A program made the position numbers and the translations under genes. A stretch of 64,000 nucleotides of DNA from Rhynchopus sp. YZ270_cl-10 (taxonomy: Eukaryota), in assembly GCA_964035575.1 (NCBI GenBank), contig OZ037837.1, forward strand, positions 1,488,001 to 1,552,000. The letters are read 5' to 3'. The first letter of the stretch is position 1, and every line of letters starts with the position of its first letter. The notes beneath the pieces were generated by a model. That model was given only the letters and a program-made list of their open reading frames with translations. It was not told the DNA's origin and did not search any database. This document shows, piece after piece, positions 1 through 10,229 of the stretch.

Positions 1-215
1 ACCACAATTGGTAAGAGAATCAACCCTCGACAACCCCAAGAAAGAATCATTACACACCATGATGTTTGGCAAACCACAATCCTGTGTGTTTGCAGGGTAT
101 TTTCAAATTGCCTTGCTTTGTCAGAGTTTGTTGAAACACATATTTAACCCACCAATCTTATTTGTTGTTGCGAAGTGACACCACCAACATCAAACACAAC
201 AGACCCCTTAACAAT

Positions 216-1301
216 ATGATGGATGTGACCTTTGTGCTGGAAGAGTCAGGCGTGACTGCGACAGTGGAGGTGCCGTGCGAAGCGGACGCTGCAGCGGCAA
301 AGGAGGTTGCGTGCACGGCGCTTGCTGTCTCGCCTGCGTCTGTCGAGATGCGCATCGGCACGCAGGTGGTGGAGGGGACGTGCCGTCTGCGGGACACTGC
401 ATTTGATGCAGGGGTGCAGGTTGTGCTTGCTCGCCCTCGCTTGGCCGACATCAAGTGTCCTGCTGAACACGTTTTAGAGGGGTGCGCGACGTCGTTGACG
501 CTGTCGCGTTGTGGAACGCTCTGCATCTATAGTCATGGGAGAGGGCATGTTGGCGGCTTCGACACAGAAACCTTCGAAACTTCCTTCGAATTCACAATTG
601 GTCGTTCTGTGTTCGGTGCGCCTGCCATCTCGCAGTGCAAGACACGCTGTTACCTGCCATGTAGGAACTGCCTTCTCGAGCTTGCACTTCCGGGAGGGGA
701 GGTGGTCCGCAAAGTCGACGGCTACTCCAAATCTATGCTCGCGTGTGGCGGTGTTGTTGTCTCGAAGGGCAATGACAGCGTCTCTGTGTACGACGAAGAC
801 CTGACGTTGCTCCGCTCTCTCTCGCGCGAGGGGTGTTGGGACGTGGCAGTGTCGGACTGTGGTGGGTGGGTGATCACCTCCTCCCACCTTCAGAAGAAGG
901 CGCGTCTGTGGGATGTGAACACAGGTGTTGCTGTGGCATGTGTGCCTGTGGACGGGTGGTATGTGGCGCTTTCACGATCTGCCTCTGTCTTTGCTGTGGG
1001 ACAGAGAAACAGCGCTCACCTCTATGATTGGAGTGGTGCGGCACTTCGCAGTGTTGATGTGGATGGGTTTGTCGGGCGCATGCAGTTCACCCCGTGTGGG
1101 AAGTACCTTGTGGTGAAGGTAGATGATGCGGAATCTCGTGATACCCACCTGCGGCAGTATGATGTGGCGACCATGTCCTGTGTGCGTGTGATACCGCAGT
1201 GCGGTGCATTTGCGATATCGCCGTGTTCACGTGTCGTTGTGGCATTGGAAGAAAGTACCAACATTGTGACAAGACATCTGTACCCACACAACAATGAGTG
1301 A
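216..1301 (+). CDS. UBL (beta-grasp) + WD40-like beta-propeller protein, copy 1
   Basis: First ATG at 216 (the ORF track starts earlier at a non-ATG codon). The N-terminal ~75 aa (MDVTFVLEESGVTATVEV...AAAKEVACTALAVSPASVEMRIG...RLRDTAFDAGVQVVL) fit the ubiquitin secondary-structure pattern. The C-terminus has WD-like blades (ARLWDVNTG, MQFTPCGKYLVV, FAISPCSR). Five paralogues in the window. Confidence 0.8.
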   Translation: MMDVTFVLEESGVTATVEVPCEADAAAAKEVACTALAVSPASVEMRIGTQVVEGTCRLRDTAFDAGVQVVLARPRLADIKCPAEHVLEGCATSLTLSRCGTLCIYSHGRGHVGGFDTETFETSFEFTIGRSVFGAPAISQCKTRCYLPCRNCLLELALPGGEVVRKVDGYSKSMLACGGVVVSKGNDSVSVYDEDLTLLRSLSREGCWDVAVSDCGGWVITSSHLQKKARLWDVNTGVAVACVPVDGWYVALSRSASVFAVGQRNSAHLYDWSGAALRSVDVDGFVGRMQFTPCGKYLVVKVDDAESRDTHLRQYDVATMSCVRVIPQCGAFAISPCSRVVVALEESTNIVTRHLYPHNNE

Positions 1302-1482
1302 TGTGTGAAGGGGAGGGGAGGGAGAGGAGTGATCAATCTAACCCAGGGTACCAGCAAAAAAAAACCCAACACCCCCAAGAAACCCCTTTTGGCCTGTTGC
1401 AGGAACATATGCTCATCCTCCTTATTAGTCGTTGCGAAGTGACACCACCATCCACATCAAACACAACAGACCCCTTAACAAT

Positions 1483-2577
1483 ATGATGGATGTGACCTTT
1501 GTGCTGGAAGAGTCAGGCTTGACTGCGACAGTGGAGGTGCCGTGCGAGGCGAACGTTGCAGCGGCAAAGGAGGTTGCGTGCACGGCGCTTGCTGTCTCGC
1601 CTGCGTCTGTCGAGATGCGCATCGGCACGCAGGTGCTGGAGGGGACGTGCCGTTTGCAGGACACTGCGTTTGATGCAGGGGTGCAGGTTGTGCTTGCCCG
1701 CTGCTTTGCCGACATCAAGTGTCCTGCTGAGTGCAGTCTAGAGGCGCGACCAAGAACGCAGAAGAGAGAACGGGGGCACGTATCGCTGTCGCCTTGTGGA
1801 GCACTCTGCCTCTTTACACACGAGGATGGCTATGTCACCGGCCTCGATACAGAAACCTTCAACACTGCTTTCAAGTTCAAACTAGATATTAATGTGTTAA
1901 GTGCGCCTGCCATCACACGATGCAAGACACGCTGCTACGTGGCGTGTCTGGAAGAAGGTCTGCACAAGATTGCGCTTCCGGGAGGGGAGGTGCTCCGCAA
2001 AGTCGACGGCTACTCCAAATATATGTTCGCGTGTGGTGGTGTTGTTGTCTCCCAGGGCAACGACGGCGTCTCTGTGTATGACGAAGACCTGACGTTTCTA
2101 CGTACTATCTCGCATGAAGGGCAGCACGTGCCTGCATCAGTGTCGGACTGTGGTGGGTGGGTGATCACCTCCTCATACATCGAAAAGAACGTACGTCTGT
2201 GGGATGTGAACACAGGTGAAGCTGTGGCATGTGTGCCTGATGAAAGGTTCGTGGCGCTTTCACGGCCTGCCTCTGTCATTGCAGTGGTGTGCTCTAACAA
2301 TGCGCAGCTCTACGACTGGAGTGGTGCGGCTCTTGGCAGCTTTCACAAAGGGGTTCATTTTGGTCGCCTGCAGTTCACTCCCTCCGGGAAGTATCTCGTA
2401 GTAGCGGTGGTGAGTGCCGAGAGTTCACTTTGCCAGTATGACGTGGCGACCATGTCCTGCGTGCGTGAGATACCGTGCGGTTGCGCTGAGTTTGCGATAT
2501 CGCCGTGTTCACGTGTCGTAGTGTTTACGAAGCCGGGACGAGACACTATTGTGACTAAACATCTGTACCCCTACTGA
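1483..2577 (+). CDS. UBL + WD40-like protein, copy 2
   Basis: Paralogue with near-identical N-terminus; VRLWDVNTG, LQFTPSGKYL. Confidence 0.8.
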   Translation: MMDVTFVLEESGLTATVEVPCEANVAAAKEVACTALAVSPASVEMRIGTQVLEGTCRLQDTAFDAGVQVVLARCFADIKCPAECSLEARPRTQKRERGHVSLSPCGALCLFTHEDGYVTGLDTETFNTAFKFKLDINVLSAPAITRCKTRCYVACLEEGLHKIALPGGEVLRKVDGYSKYMFACGGVVVSQGNDGVSVYDEDLTFLRTISHEGQHVPASVSDCGGWVITSSYIEKNVRLWDVNTGEAVACVPDERFVALSRPASVIAVVCSNNAQLYDWSGAALGSFHKGVHFGRLQFTPSGKYLVVAVVSAESSLCQYDVATMSCVREIPCGCAEFAISPCSRVVVFTKPGRDTIVTKHLYPY

Positions 2578-2812
2578 GTGATGTTTTGCAAGAGGTTGTG
2601 TTTGTGCAGCTTCTCGCAGGCAGTCCACCCCAGAAGCACCTCCTCGCTGTCGCTGAGCAGTTGCGGCGTCTATCAGACTGAGTGATGACAGGGTCCCTAT
2701 CTGCAGTGTAATCCCTGTCAAAGAGAACACCGATACAAAAGCTTTTTATCGGAAACTGTTACACTTGACAGGGAAACACTTTTTCACACAATGTTTTGTT
2801 CCCCCACCATCA

Positions 2813-2968
2813 GGTCGCGATGGTTTCGCGAACTTTCCTGCAGTCAACGCAGGGAAAGAATATTCAGCGATGTGATACAGGATATGGGGGGTTCAGTGAT
2901 TCCACAGAACCGACACCATTGATGTGTCTCAACCAAAATCAAAATCAATTAAAAAAGAGAGAGTTTTT
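2813..2968 (+). repeat. ~150-bp dispersed repeat with hairpin core CTTTCCTGC-AGTCAAC-GCAGGGAAAG
   Basis: Further copies at ~6288-6400, ~8159-8270 and ~30154-30309. Confidence 0.8.
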
Positions 2969-3277
2969 GGTGTGATGTTATTCCAACTTTTCAATGTCTC
3001 CCCCATTTTTCCATTCGCGATTATTTACCCACCCCCGTTTTTAGAATCAACAGAGTGTGTACACTAAGATTTCACTTTCAATCAGAAATAGCTATTTTTT
3101 ACCGACCAGAAAAGTCGTTTTCTTGATGAGTGTTTTCTGAGTGCACACTCAGAAATCACGAATCAAGAGAAAACGACTTTTTGGGAGGTGAAAACAGGGC
3201 TTTGTTGAAATTTTCTGGCTTTGAGGAACTTTCACACACAATTTTAACGGGTTTTATCTGTGTACCTGTGTATCTGT

Positions 3278-3625
3278 GTACAGGATATTTGTTGTCAAAG
3301 ACATCTTCCACCATGCATTGAGGAGGGTAAGACAGTGGTCGCAGTTTCTACTTGATAGCATTACAACATTTAACTTCTCCACGGGGGTCTTGGGCCGTTC
3401 ATTCGGTTATACCTTGACTAGCGGAAGAGGCCTTTTTGGTCTCCGTTATTCCCGAACGGAGGCACACTTTGTGTGTTACTACGACCTGGCAACTTCCAGC
3501 AGTAGGTTAAGTAATCTTTCTTGTATATTGTTGGATCATTATCTCCTCAGTGTATGAATGCCCCACGTGACTGGACACTTTTGTGTTTGTCATGTGGAGC
3601 TGTGGTTGCTCTTTCACGACTTTTT
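3278..3625 (+). repeat. ~350-bp repeat, inverted copy of the interior of the MULE-like element
   Basis: The reverse complement aligns closely with ~23451-23814. Confidence 0.85.
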
Positions 3626-3918
3626 TCCTTGTACACCAGTGTACCGTGTACCTGGGTACCTGGGTACTGGTTTTTGTGTTCGCTAATTTTTATCAAAAAC
3701 CTTCCCCTCCTTTCGAGTGCGAAACGTTTTACCGCATGGGAAGAAACAACAATATGACCTCGTCCGGAAACCCCCCAGCCCAAAATCATCTATTTTGGGT
3801 TTTTTGGTGTTTTACCAGAAATTAGCGCCGATAGGTGTCCAGAACCACCCCAGAAACCATATTTTGGCGGGTTTTGGGGGCGAGAAAAAATACACTTTTT
3901 TTTGGCCCATTTTTGGGT

Positions 3919-4217
3919 ACTTTAGACATACATGTTGGTACGTACGTAAAACGCGCAAAAATAATCAAAAAACGCGCAAAATAATCAAAAAGTGTTTTTA
4001 ATAAAAAACGGCACAAAAACGTAACAAAAACGCGCAAAAAAACGTACTAAAACGTACCAAAAACACAGAGCAAAAATATTATTTTTGCTGTAATGTTGTA
4101 ATAAAACATGATTATTTTGATTATTTTTGAAAAACGTAGTACGTTTTTGTGTTTTTTGTACGTTTTTTGCGCGTTTTTTGCGCGTTTTACGTACGTACCA
4201 ACATGTATGTTTAGAGT
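3919..4217. mobile_element. MITE-like element with ~40-bp terminal inverted repeats
   Basis: ACTTTAGACATACATGTTGGTACGTACGTAAAACGCGCAAAA at 3919; its near-perfect reverse complement ends at 4217. Internal AAAACGCGC/AAAACGTA subrepeats. GGT on both flanks. Confidence 0.75.
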
Positions 4218-4654
4218 GGTTTTAGGCTATTTTGGCCACAGTGTCTTGTATGGGTTATTTTACTGTTTTGACCCCATTTTTGGAGGAACGTTCTACACAC
4301 ACCCGAAAAGCTGTAAGGACTCATCATTTTCACTCAGGAACCACAGTGTGAAGCCATCAGGTTTCTTTCCACATCTCCTGTGCGTTTGCAGGGTATCTTC
4401 ATATTGCTTGCTTTGTAAGGGTTTGTTGGAACACGTATTTAGCCCACCTTCTTATTTGTTGTTGCGAAGTGACGACACCAATCACATTACACACCATGAT
4501 GTTTGGCAAACCACAATCCTGTGTGCTTGCAGGGTATTTTCAAATTGCTTGCTTTGTCAGAGTTTGTTGAAACACATAGTTAACCCACCAATCCTATTTG
4601 TCGTGGCGAAGTGACACCACCAACCACATCAAACACAACAGACCCCTTAACAAT

Positions 4655-5797
4655 ATGATGGATGTGACCTTTGTGCTGGAAGAGTCAGGCGTGACTGCGA
4701 CAGTGGAGGTGCCGTGCGAGGCGGACGCTGCAGCGGCAAAGGAGGTTGCGTGCACGGCGCTTGCTGTCTCGCCTGCGTCTGTCGAGATGCGCATCGGCAC
4801 GCAGGTGGTGGAGGGGACGTGCCGTTTGCAGGACACTGCGTCTGGTTCAGGGGTGCAGGTTGTGCTTGCCCGCTGCTTTGCCGACATCAAGTGTCCTGCT
4901 GAGTACAGTGCAGAGGCGCCACCAGGAATGCAGGAGAGGGATACGCAGTACTTATCACTGTCGCCTTGTGGAACACTCTTCCTCTTTACACAGAATGGAC
5001 GCTATGTCGCCGGCCTCGATACAGAAACCTTCAACACTGCCTTCAGGTTCACACTAGACAATAAGGTGTGCGGTGCGCCTGCCATCACACGATGCAAGAC
5101 ATGCTGCTACCTGGCGTGCAAGGACAGCCTACACGAGGTTGCACTTCCGGGTGGGGAGGTGCTCCGCAAAGTCGAAGGACCCTCCTCCGCAGTGTTCGCG
5201 TGTGGCGGTGTTGTTGTCTCCCAGGGCAAAGACGGTGTCTCTGTGTATGACGAAGACCTGACGTTGCTCCGCTTTCTCTCGCATGAACCGTGTGCGCACT
5301 TGGCAGTGTCGGACTGTGGTGGGTGGGTGGTCACCTCCTCCCACCTTAAGAAGAAAATTCGTCGTTCAAACAGCGAGGACCACGCACGTCTGTGGGATCT
5401 GAACACAGGCGAAGCTGTGGCATGTGTGCCTGCTTCTAGTAGCGTGGCGCTTTCACGATCTGCTTCTGTCATTGCTGTGGCGTGCTCTGACAAAGCGCAG
5501 CTCTATGACTGGAGTGGTGCGGCTCTTCGCAGATTTGAAAAAGCGCTTCATTTTTGTCATCGCGTCCATCAAATGCAGTTCACTCCCTCCGGGAAGTATC
5601 TCGTAGTGCAGGTGATGGATCTGACTGTTGGAAAATTTTTACTGCACCAGTATGACGTGGCGACCATGTCCTGTGTGCGTGTGATACCGGACTGCGAAGG
5701 CTGCACTGAGTTTGCGATATCGCCGTGTTCACGTGTGGTATTGTTTACGAACTACGGACAACACACTATTGTGACGAGACATCTGTACCCCTACTGA
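4655..5797 (+). CDS. UBL + WD40-like protein, copy 3
   Basis: Paralogue. Upstream 4375-4650 repeats the upstream region of copy 1, partly in tandem. Confidence 0.8.
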   Translation: MMDVTFVLEESGVTATVEVPCEADAAAAKEVACTALAVSPASVEMRIGTQVVEGTCRLQDTASGSGVQVVLARCFADIKCPAEYSAEAPPGMQERDTQYLSLSPCGTLFLFTQNGRYVAGLDTETFNTAFRFTLDNKVCGAPAITRCKTCCYLACKDSLHEVALPGGEVLRKVEGPSSAVFACGGVVVSQGKDGVSVYDEDLTLLRFLSHEPCAHLAVSDCGGWVVTSSHLKKKIRRSNSEDHARLWDLNTGEAVACVPASSSVALSRSASVIAVACSDKAQLYDWSGAALRRFEKALHFCHRVHQMQFTPSGKYLVVQVMDLTVGKFLLHQYDVATMSCVRVIPDCEGCTEFAISPCSRVVLFTNYGQHTIVTRHLYPY

Positions 5798-6479
5798 GTG
5801 ATGTTTTGCGAGAGGTTGTGTTTGTGCAGCTTCTCGCAGGCAGTCCACCCCAGAAGCACCTCCTCGCTGTCGCTGAGCAGTTGCAGCGTCTGTCAGACTG
5901 AGTGATGACAGGGTCCCTATCTGCAGTGTAACCCCGTGTGATCTGGGTGAGGAAGCGTTCCAACTTTTCAATATCTCACCCATGTTTTCTATTTGCGATT
6001 TTTTGCCCACCCCGTTTTTAGAATCAACAAAGTGTGTACATTAAGATTTACCCAATATCACCTATGATACTGCTTTCCATGGATATGCATGAAAAGGAGT
6101 TCCGTGCTCACGCAACTCGCTGGTTGATGTGCGTATCTAACTACAACCAAAACAAAGAAAGTACCAAAGAAGAAACTATGAAATGCAGGAAAAACAGACA
6201 ACGAGAAAACAAAGATATTTTGACAAAAACGACAAATAAAATGTTTCTTCTTTTTTTTAAGTTTCTGCTTTCGTTTTTCAATAACCCTGGTCGTGATGTA
6301 CGCGAACTTTCCTGCAGTCAACGCAGGGAAAGAAGAATCAACGATGTGGCACAGGATATGGGTGGAACCGACACCTTTGTGTGTCTCAACCACACCAATT
6401 CTATTCCCACATCCTTCCACGTCTACCAACGTACCACATCACAGTGCGTTGAACACAAAGGATACTGATACATAAAACA

Positions 6480-7592
6480 ATGGATGTGACCTTTGTGCTG
6501 GAAGAGTCAGGCGTGACTGCGACAGTGGAGGTGCCGTGCGAAGCGAACGTTGCAGCGGCAAAGGAGGTTGCGTGCACGGCGCTTGCTGTCTCGCCTGCGT
6601 CTGTCGAGATGCGCATCGGCACGCAGGTGGTGGAGGGGACGTGCCGTTTGCAGGACACTGCGTTTGATGCAGGGGTGCAGGTTGTGCTTGCCCGCCCTCG
6701 CTTGGCCGACATCAAGTGTCCTGCTGAGTACAGTGTAGAGTCGCCACCAGTAACGCAGGAGAGGGTAACGAAACACTTATCATTGTCGCCTTGTGGAGCA
6801 CTCTTCCTCTTTACACAGAATGGACGCTGTGTCACCGGCCTCGATACAGAAACCTTCATCCCTGCCTTCAAGTTCAAACTAGACATGAGGGTGTGCGGTG
6901 CGCCTGCCATCTCACGATGCAAGACACGCTGCTACCTGGCGTGCAAGGAAGAAGGTATGCACGAGGTTGCACTTCCGGGTGGGGAGGTGCTCCGCAAAGT
7001 CGAAGGACCCTCCTCCGCAGTGTTCGCGTGTGGTGGTGTTGTTTTCTCCCAGGGCAAAGACGGTGTCTCTGTGTATGACGAAGACCTGACGTTGCTCCGC
7101 TTTCTCTCGCATGAACCGTGTGCGCACTTGGCAGTGTCGGACTGTGGTGGGTGGGTGATCACCTCCTGTCTGTTGGAGGACCACGCACGTCTGTGGGATG
7201 TGAACACAGGTGAAGCTGTGGCATGTGTGCCTGCTTCTAGCAACGTGGCGCTTTCACGATCTGCCTCTGTCATTGCTGTGGCGTACGCTGGCAATTTTGC
7301 GCAGCTCTATGACTGGAGTGGTGCGGCTCTTCGCAGATTTGAAAAAGCGCTTCATTTTTTTGGTCGCCTGCAGTTCACTCCCTCCGGGAAGTATCTCGTA
7401 GTGCAGGTGATGGATCTGACTGTTGGAAAATTATTACTGCACCAGTATGACGTGGCGACCATGTCCTGTGTGCGTGTGATACCGGACTGCGAAGGCTGCA
7501 CTGAGTTTGCGATATCGCCGTGTTCACGTGTGGTATTGTTTACGAACTACGGACAACACACTATTGTGACGAGACATCTGTACCCCTACTGA
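6480..7592 (+). CDS. UBL + WD40-like protein, copy 4
   Basis: Paralogue; C-terminal third almost identical to copy 3. Confidence 0.8.
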   Translation: MDVTFVLEESGVTATVEVPCEANVAAAKEVACTALAVSPASVEMRIGTQVVEGTCRLQDTAFDAGVQVVLARPRLADIKCPAEYSVESPPVTQERVTKHLSLSPCGALFLFTQNGRCVTGLDTETFIPAFKFKLDMRVCGAPAISRCKTRCYLACKEEGMHEVALPGGEVLRKVEGPSSAVFACGGVVFSQGKDGVSVYDEDLTLLRFLSHEPCAHLAVSDCGGWVITSCLLEDHARLWDVNTGEAVACVPASSNVALSRSASVIAVAYAGNFAQLYDWSGAALRRFEKALHFFGRLQFTPSGKYLVVQVMDLTVGKLLLHQYDVATMSCVRVIPDCEGCTEFAISPCSRVVLFTNYGQHTIVTRHLYPY

Positions 7593-8351
7593 GTGATGTT
7601 TGGCGAGAGGTTGTGTTTGTGCAGCTTCTCGCAGGCAGTCCACCCCAGAAGCACCTCCTCGCTGTCGCTGAGCAGTTGCGGCGTCTATCAGACTGAGTGA
7701 TGACAGGGCCCCTATCTGCAGTGTAATCCCTGTCAAAGAGAACACCGATACAAAAGTGTTTTCTTCTCCGCCAACACAAAAACACTTTACGGAGAAAGCT
7801 TTTTCACAAAACACGAATCAGGTTTACTTTTCTTTTTTCTCTCTCTTTCTTTGGGAGTTTCCGATGGTGTTCACTGTGCTAGTGACGGCGGATGTGTACG
7901 GCACAAAGGGTAACTTTGAGGTGCCCGGTATCATATGATACTGTATTTCCATGGATACACATGAAAAGGAGTTCCATGCTATTCACAGAACTCGATAGGC
8001 GATTGACCGTGTCGAACAACAACCAAACAAAAACAAACGTAAGAAGAGAAGAAGAAATGCAGGAAAAACAGACAAGAGAAAACAAAGAGATTTTGACAAA
8101 AACGACAAATAAAATGTTTCTTCTTTTTTTAAGTTTCTGCTTTCGTTTTTCAATAACCCTGGTCGTGATGTACGCGAACTTTCCTGCAGTCAACGCAGGG
8201 AAAAAAGAATCAACGATGTGGCACAGGATATGGGCAGAACCGGCACCTTTGTGTGTCTCAACCACACCAATTCTATTCCCACATCCTTCCACGTCTACCA
8301 ACGTACCACATCACAGTGCGTTGAACACAAAAGATCCTGATACAGAAAACA

Positions 8352-9458
8352 ATGGATGTGACCTTTGTGCTGGAAGAGTCAGGCGTGACTGCGACAGTGG
8401 AGGTGCCGTGCGAGGCGGACGCTGCAGCGGCAAAGGAGGTTGCGTGCACGGCGCTTGCTGTCTCGCCTGCGTCTGTCGAGATGCGCATCGGCACGCAGGT
8501 GCTGGAGGGGACGTGCCGTTTGCAGGACACTGCGTTTGATGCAGGGGTGCAGGTTGTGCTTGCCCGCCCTCGCTTGGCCGACATCAAGTGTCCTGCTGAG
8601 TACCTTCTCGCGCATATGGGAGACTTGACGCTGTCACGTTGTGGAACGCTCTGCGTCTATAGTCATGGGAGGAGGCATGTTGGCGGCTTCGACACAGAAA
8701 CCTTTGACACTGTCTTCTCGTTCAAAGTGGGCGCATGCGAAGCAGTTGTTGCGCCTGCCATCTCACGGTGCAAGACACGCTGCTACCTGGCGTGTGAGGA
8801 TTGCCTTCTCGTGGTTGCGCTTCCGGGAGGGGAGGTGGTCCGCAAAGTAGACGTCCCCTCGTACGACGTGTTCGCGGGTGGCAGTGTTGTTGTCTCGAAG
8901 GGCAAAGACGGCGTCTCTGTGTACGACGAAGACCTGACGTTGCTCCGCACTCTCTCGCACGAAGGGTGTAATGGAGTGGCTGTGTCGGACTGTGGTGGGT
9001 GGGTGATCACCTCCTCCCACTTTCAGAAGGCACGTCTGTGGGATGTGAACACAGGTGAAGCTGTGGCATGTGTGCCTGCCTGGCGGAGGTACGGAGTGGC
9101 GCTTTCACGGTCTGCATCTGTCTTTGCTGTGGGGCAGGGAAACAGCGTGCACCTCTATGATTGGAGTGGTGCGGCACTTCGCAGTGTTGATGTGGGTGAG
9201 AATACTATCGAGCGCATGCAGTTCACCCCGTGTGGGAAGTACCTTGTGTACCACGAAGAATATAATGATCGCAGGACACGCCTGCACCAGTACGATGTGG
9301 CAACCATGTCCTGTGTGCGTGTATTCTCAGGTCCCTTTGCATTTTCATTTGCGATATCGCCGTGTTCACGCGTTGTCGTGGCTGTACAACCATATGGGGG
9401 CATTGTGACACGGCATCTGTACCCACACAACAGTGAGTGCGGAGGGGAGGCAGAGTAG
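8352..9458 (+). CDS. UBL + WD40-like protein, copy 5
   Basis: Paralogue; closest to copy 6 (shared C-terminus HLYPHNSECGGEAE). Confidence 0.8.
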   Translation: MDVTFVLEESGVTATVEVPCEADAAAAKEVACTALAVSPASVEMRIGTQVLEGTCRLQDTAFDAGVQVVLARPRLADIKCPAEYLLAHMGDLTLSRCGTLCVYSHGRRHVGGFDTETFDTVFSFKVGACEAVVAPAISRCKTRCYLACEDCLLVVALPGGEVVRKVDVPSYDVFAGGSVVVSKGKDGVSVYDEDLTLLRTLSHEGCNGVAVSDCGGWVITSSHFQKARLWDVNTGEAVACVPAWRRYGVALSRSASVFAVGQGNSVHLYDWSGAALRSVDVGENTIERMQFTPCGKYLVYHEEYNDRRTRLHQYDVATMSCVRVFSGPFAFSFAISPCSRVVVAVQPYGGIVTRHLYPHNSECGGEAE

Positions 9459-9970
9459 TGATGAATATACTCCAGGGTCCCAACAACCCAGACCCTCAAT
9501 AAACACCCCCCAAGAAACTCTCCCTTCAGCCCTGTTGCTGTTTTTCTCTTGTTTTCCTGCCACAGGTTTCCGCCCGCCTCACACGCTGCCCATGGGTCTC
9601 TTGAATTTCTTCATGCGTTCAATGAAATCATTTGTGTAGAAATGTTTCGGGGATTTATTATTTTCAAATAAACCCCCTCTAGCCTGCTCTTCCCGTGCCC
9701 TTTACCCGGGGGGATAATTTCAAGGGGACAATTTCACGGGGGTGGGTCGGAACAAGAGTGGGTGGAAACGCTTGCGGGCAGGGGTGTCTTATGGCCCTTA
9801 AGTTATGCGACGGCAACAGGCGGCTGGCCTGGGTGTGCACAAAATGGCCTAACTATGTTTTATGTTTCTTTGCGTTTCTGCCTCTCGCCTCGCTTCTTTG
9901 TTGTGCATCACAACATCCAAAGACTGGACCCTTTCTCCACCATCACCTTTCCCCCCTTTGCACAACACTC

Positions 9971-10149
9971 CAACACCAAAACCAACAGGTCTGAGGCCAA
10001 AGGGGGCCGGGGTTTATCTTAGTTTCAGGGTCTTTTTATTTATCCATTTTCTTGTTTCTCCTTAACTCCCTTTTTTGTTGACATCCACTCCTTCATTCTA
10101 CCTACCCTTCTTCTTCCTCTCCTCTCCTTTTCTCTCTTTTTTAATTTTA
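9971..10149 (+). repeat. ~180-bp direct repeat, left copy
   Basis: Near-identical to 17772-17948 (CAACACCAAAACCAACAGGTCTGAGGCC...TTTTTTAATTTTA). Confidence 0.9.
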
Positions 10150-10229
10150 ATAAATGCCCCCTCGGGCAAGCCCTGGGGGGGGACACATTCTCTGTCTCTG
10201 TCACTCTCCTTTGCAGGCTATGTTGAGCC

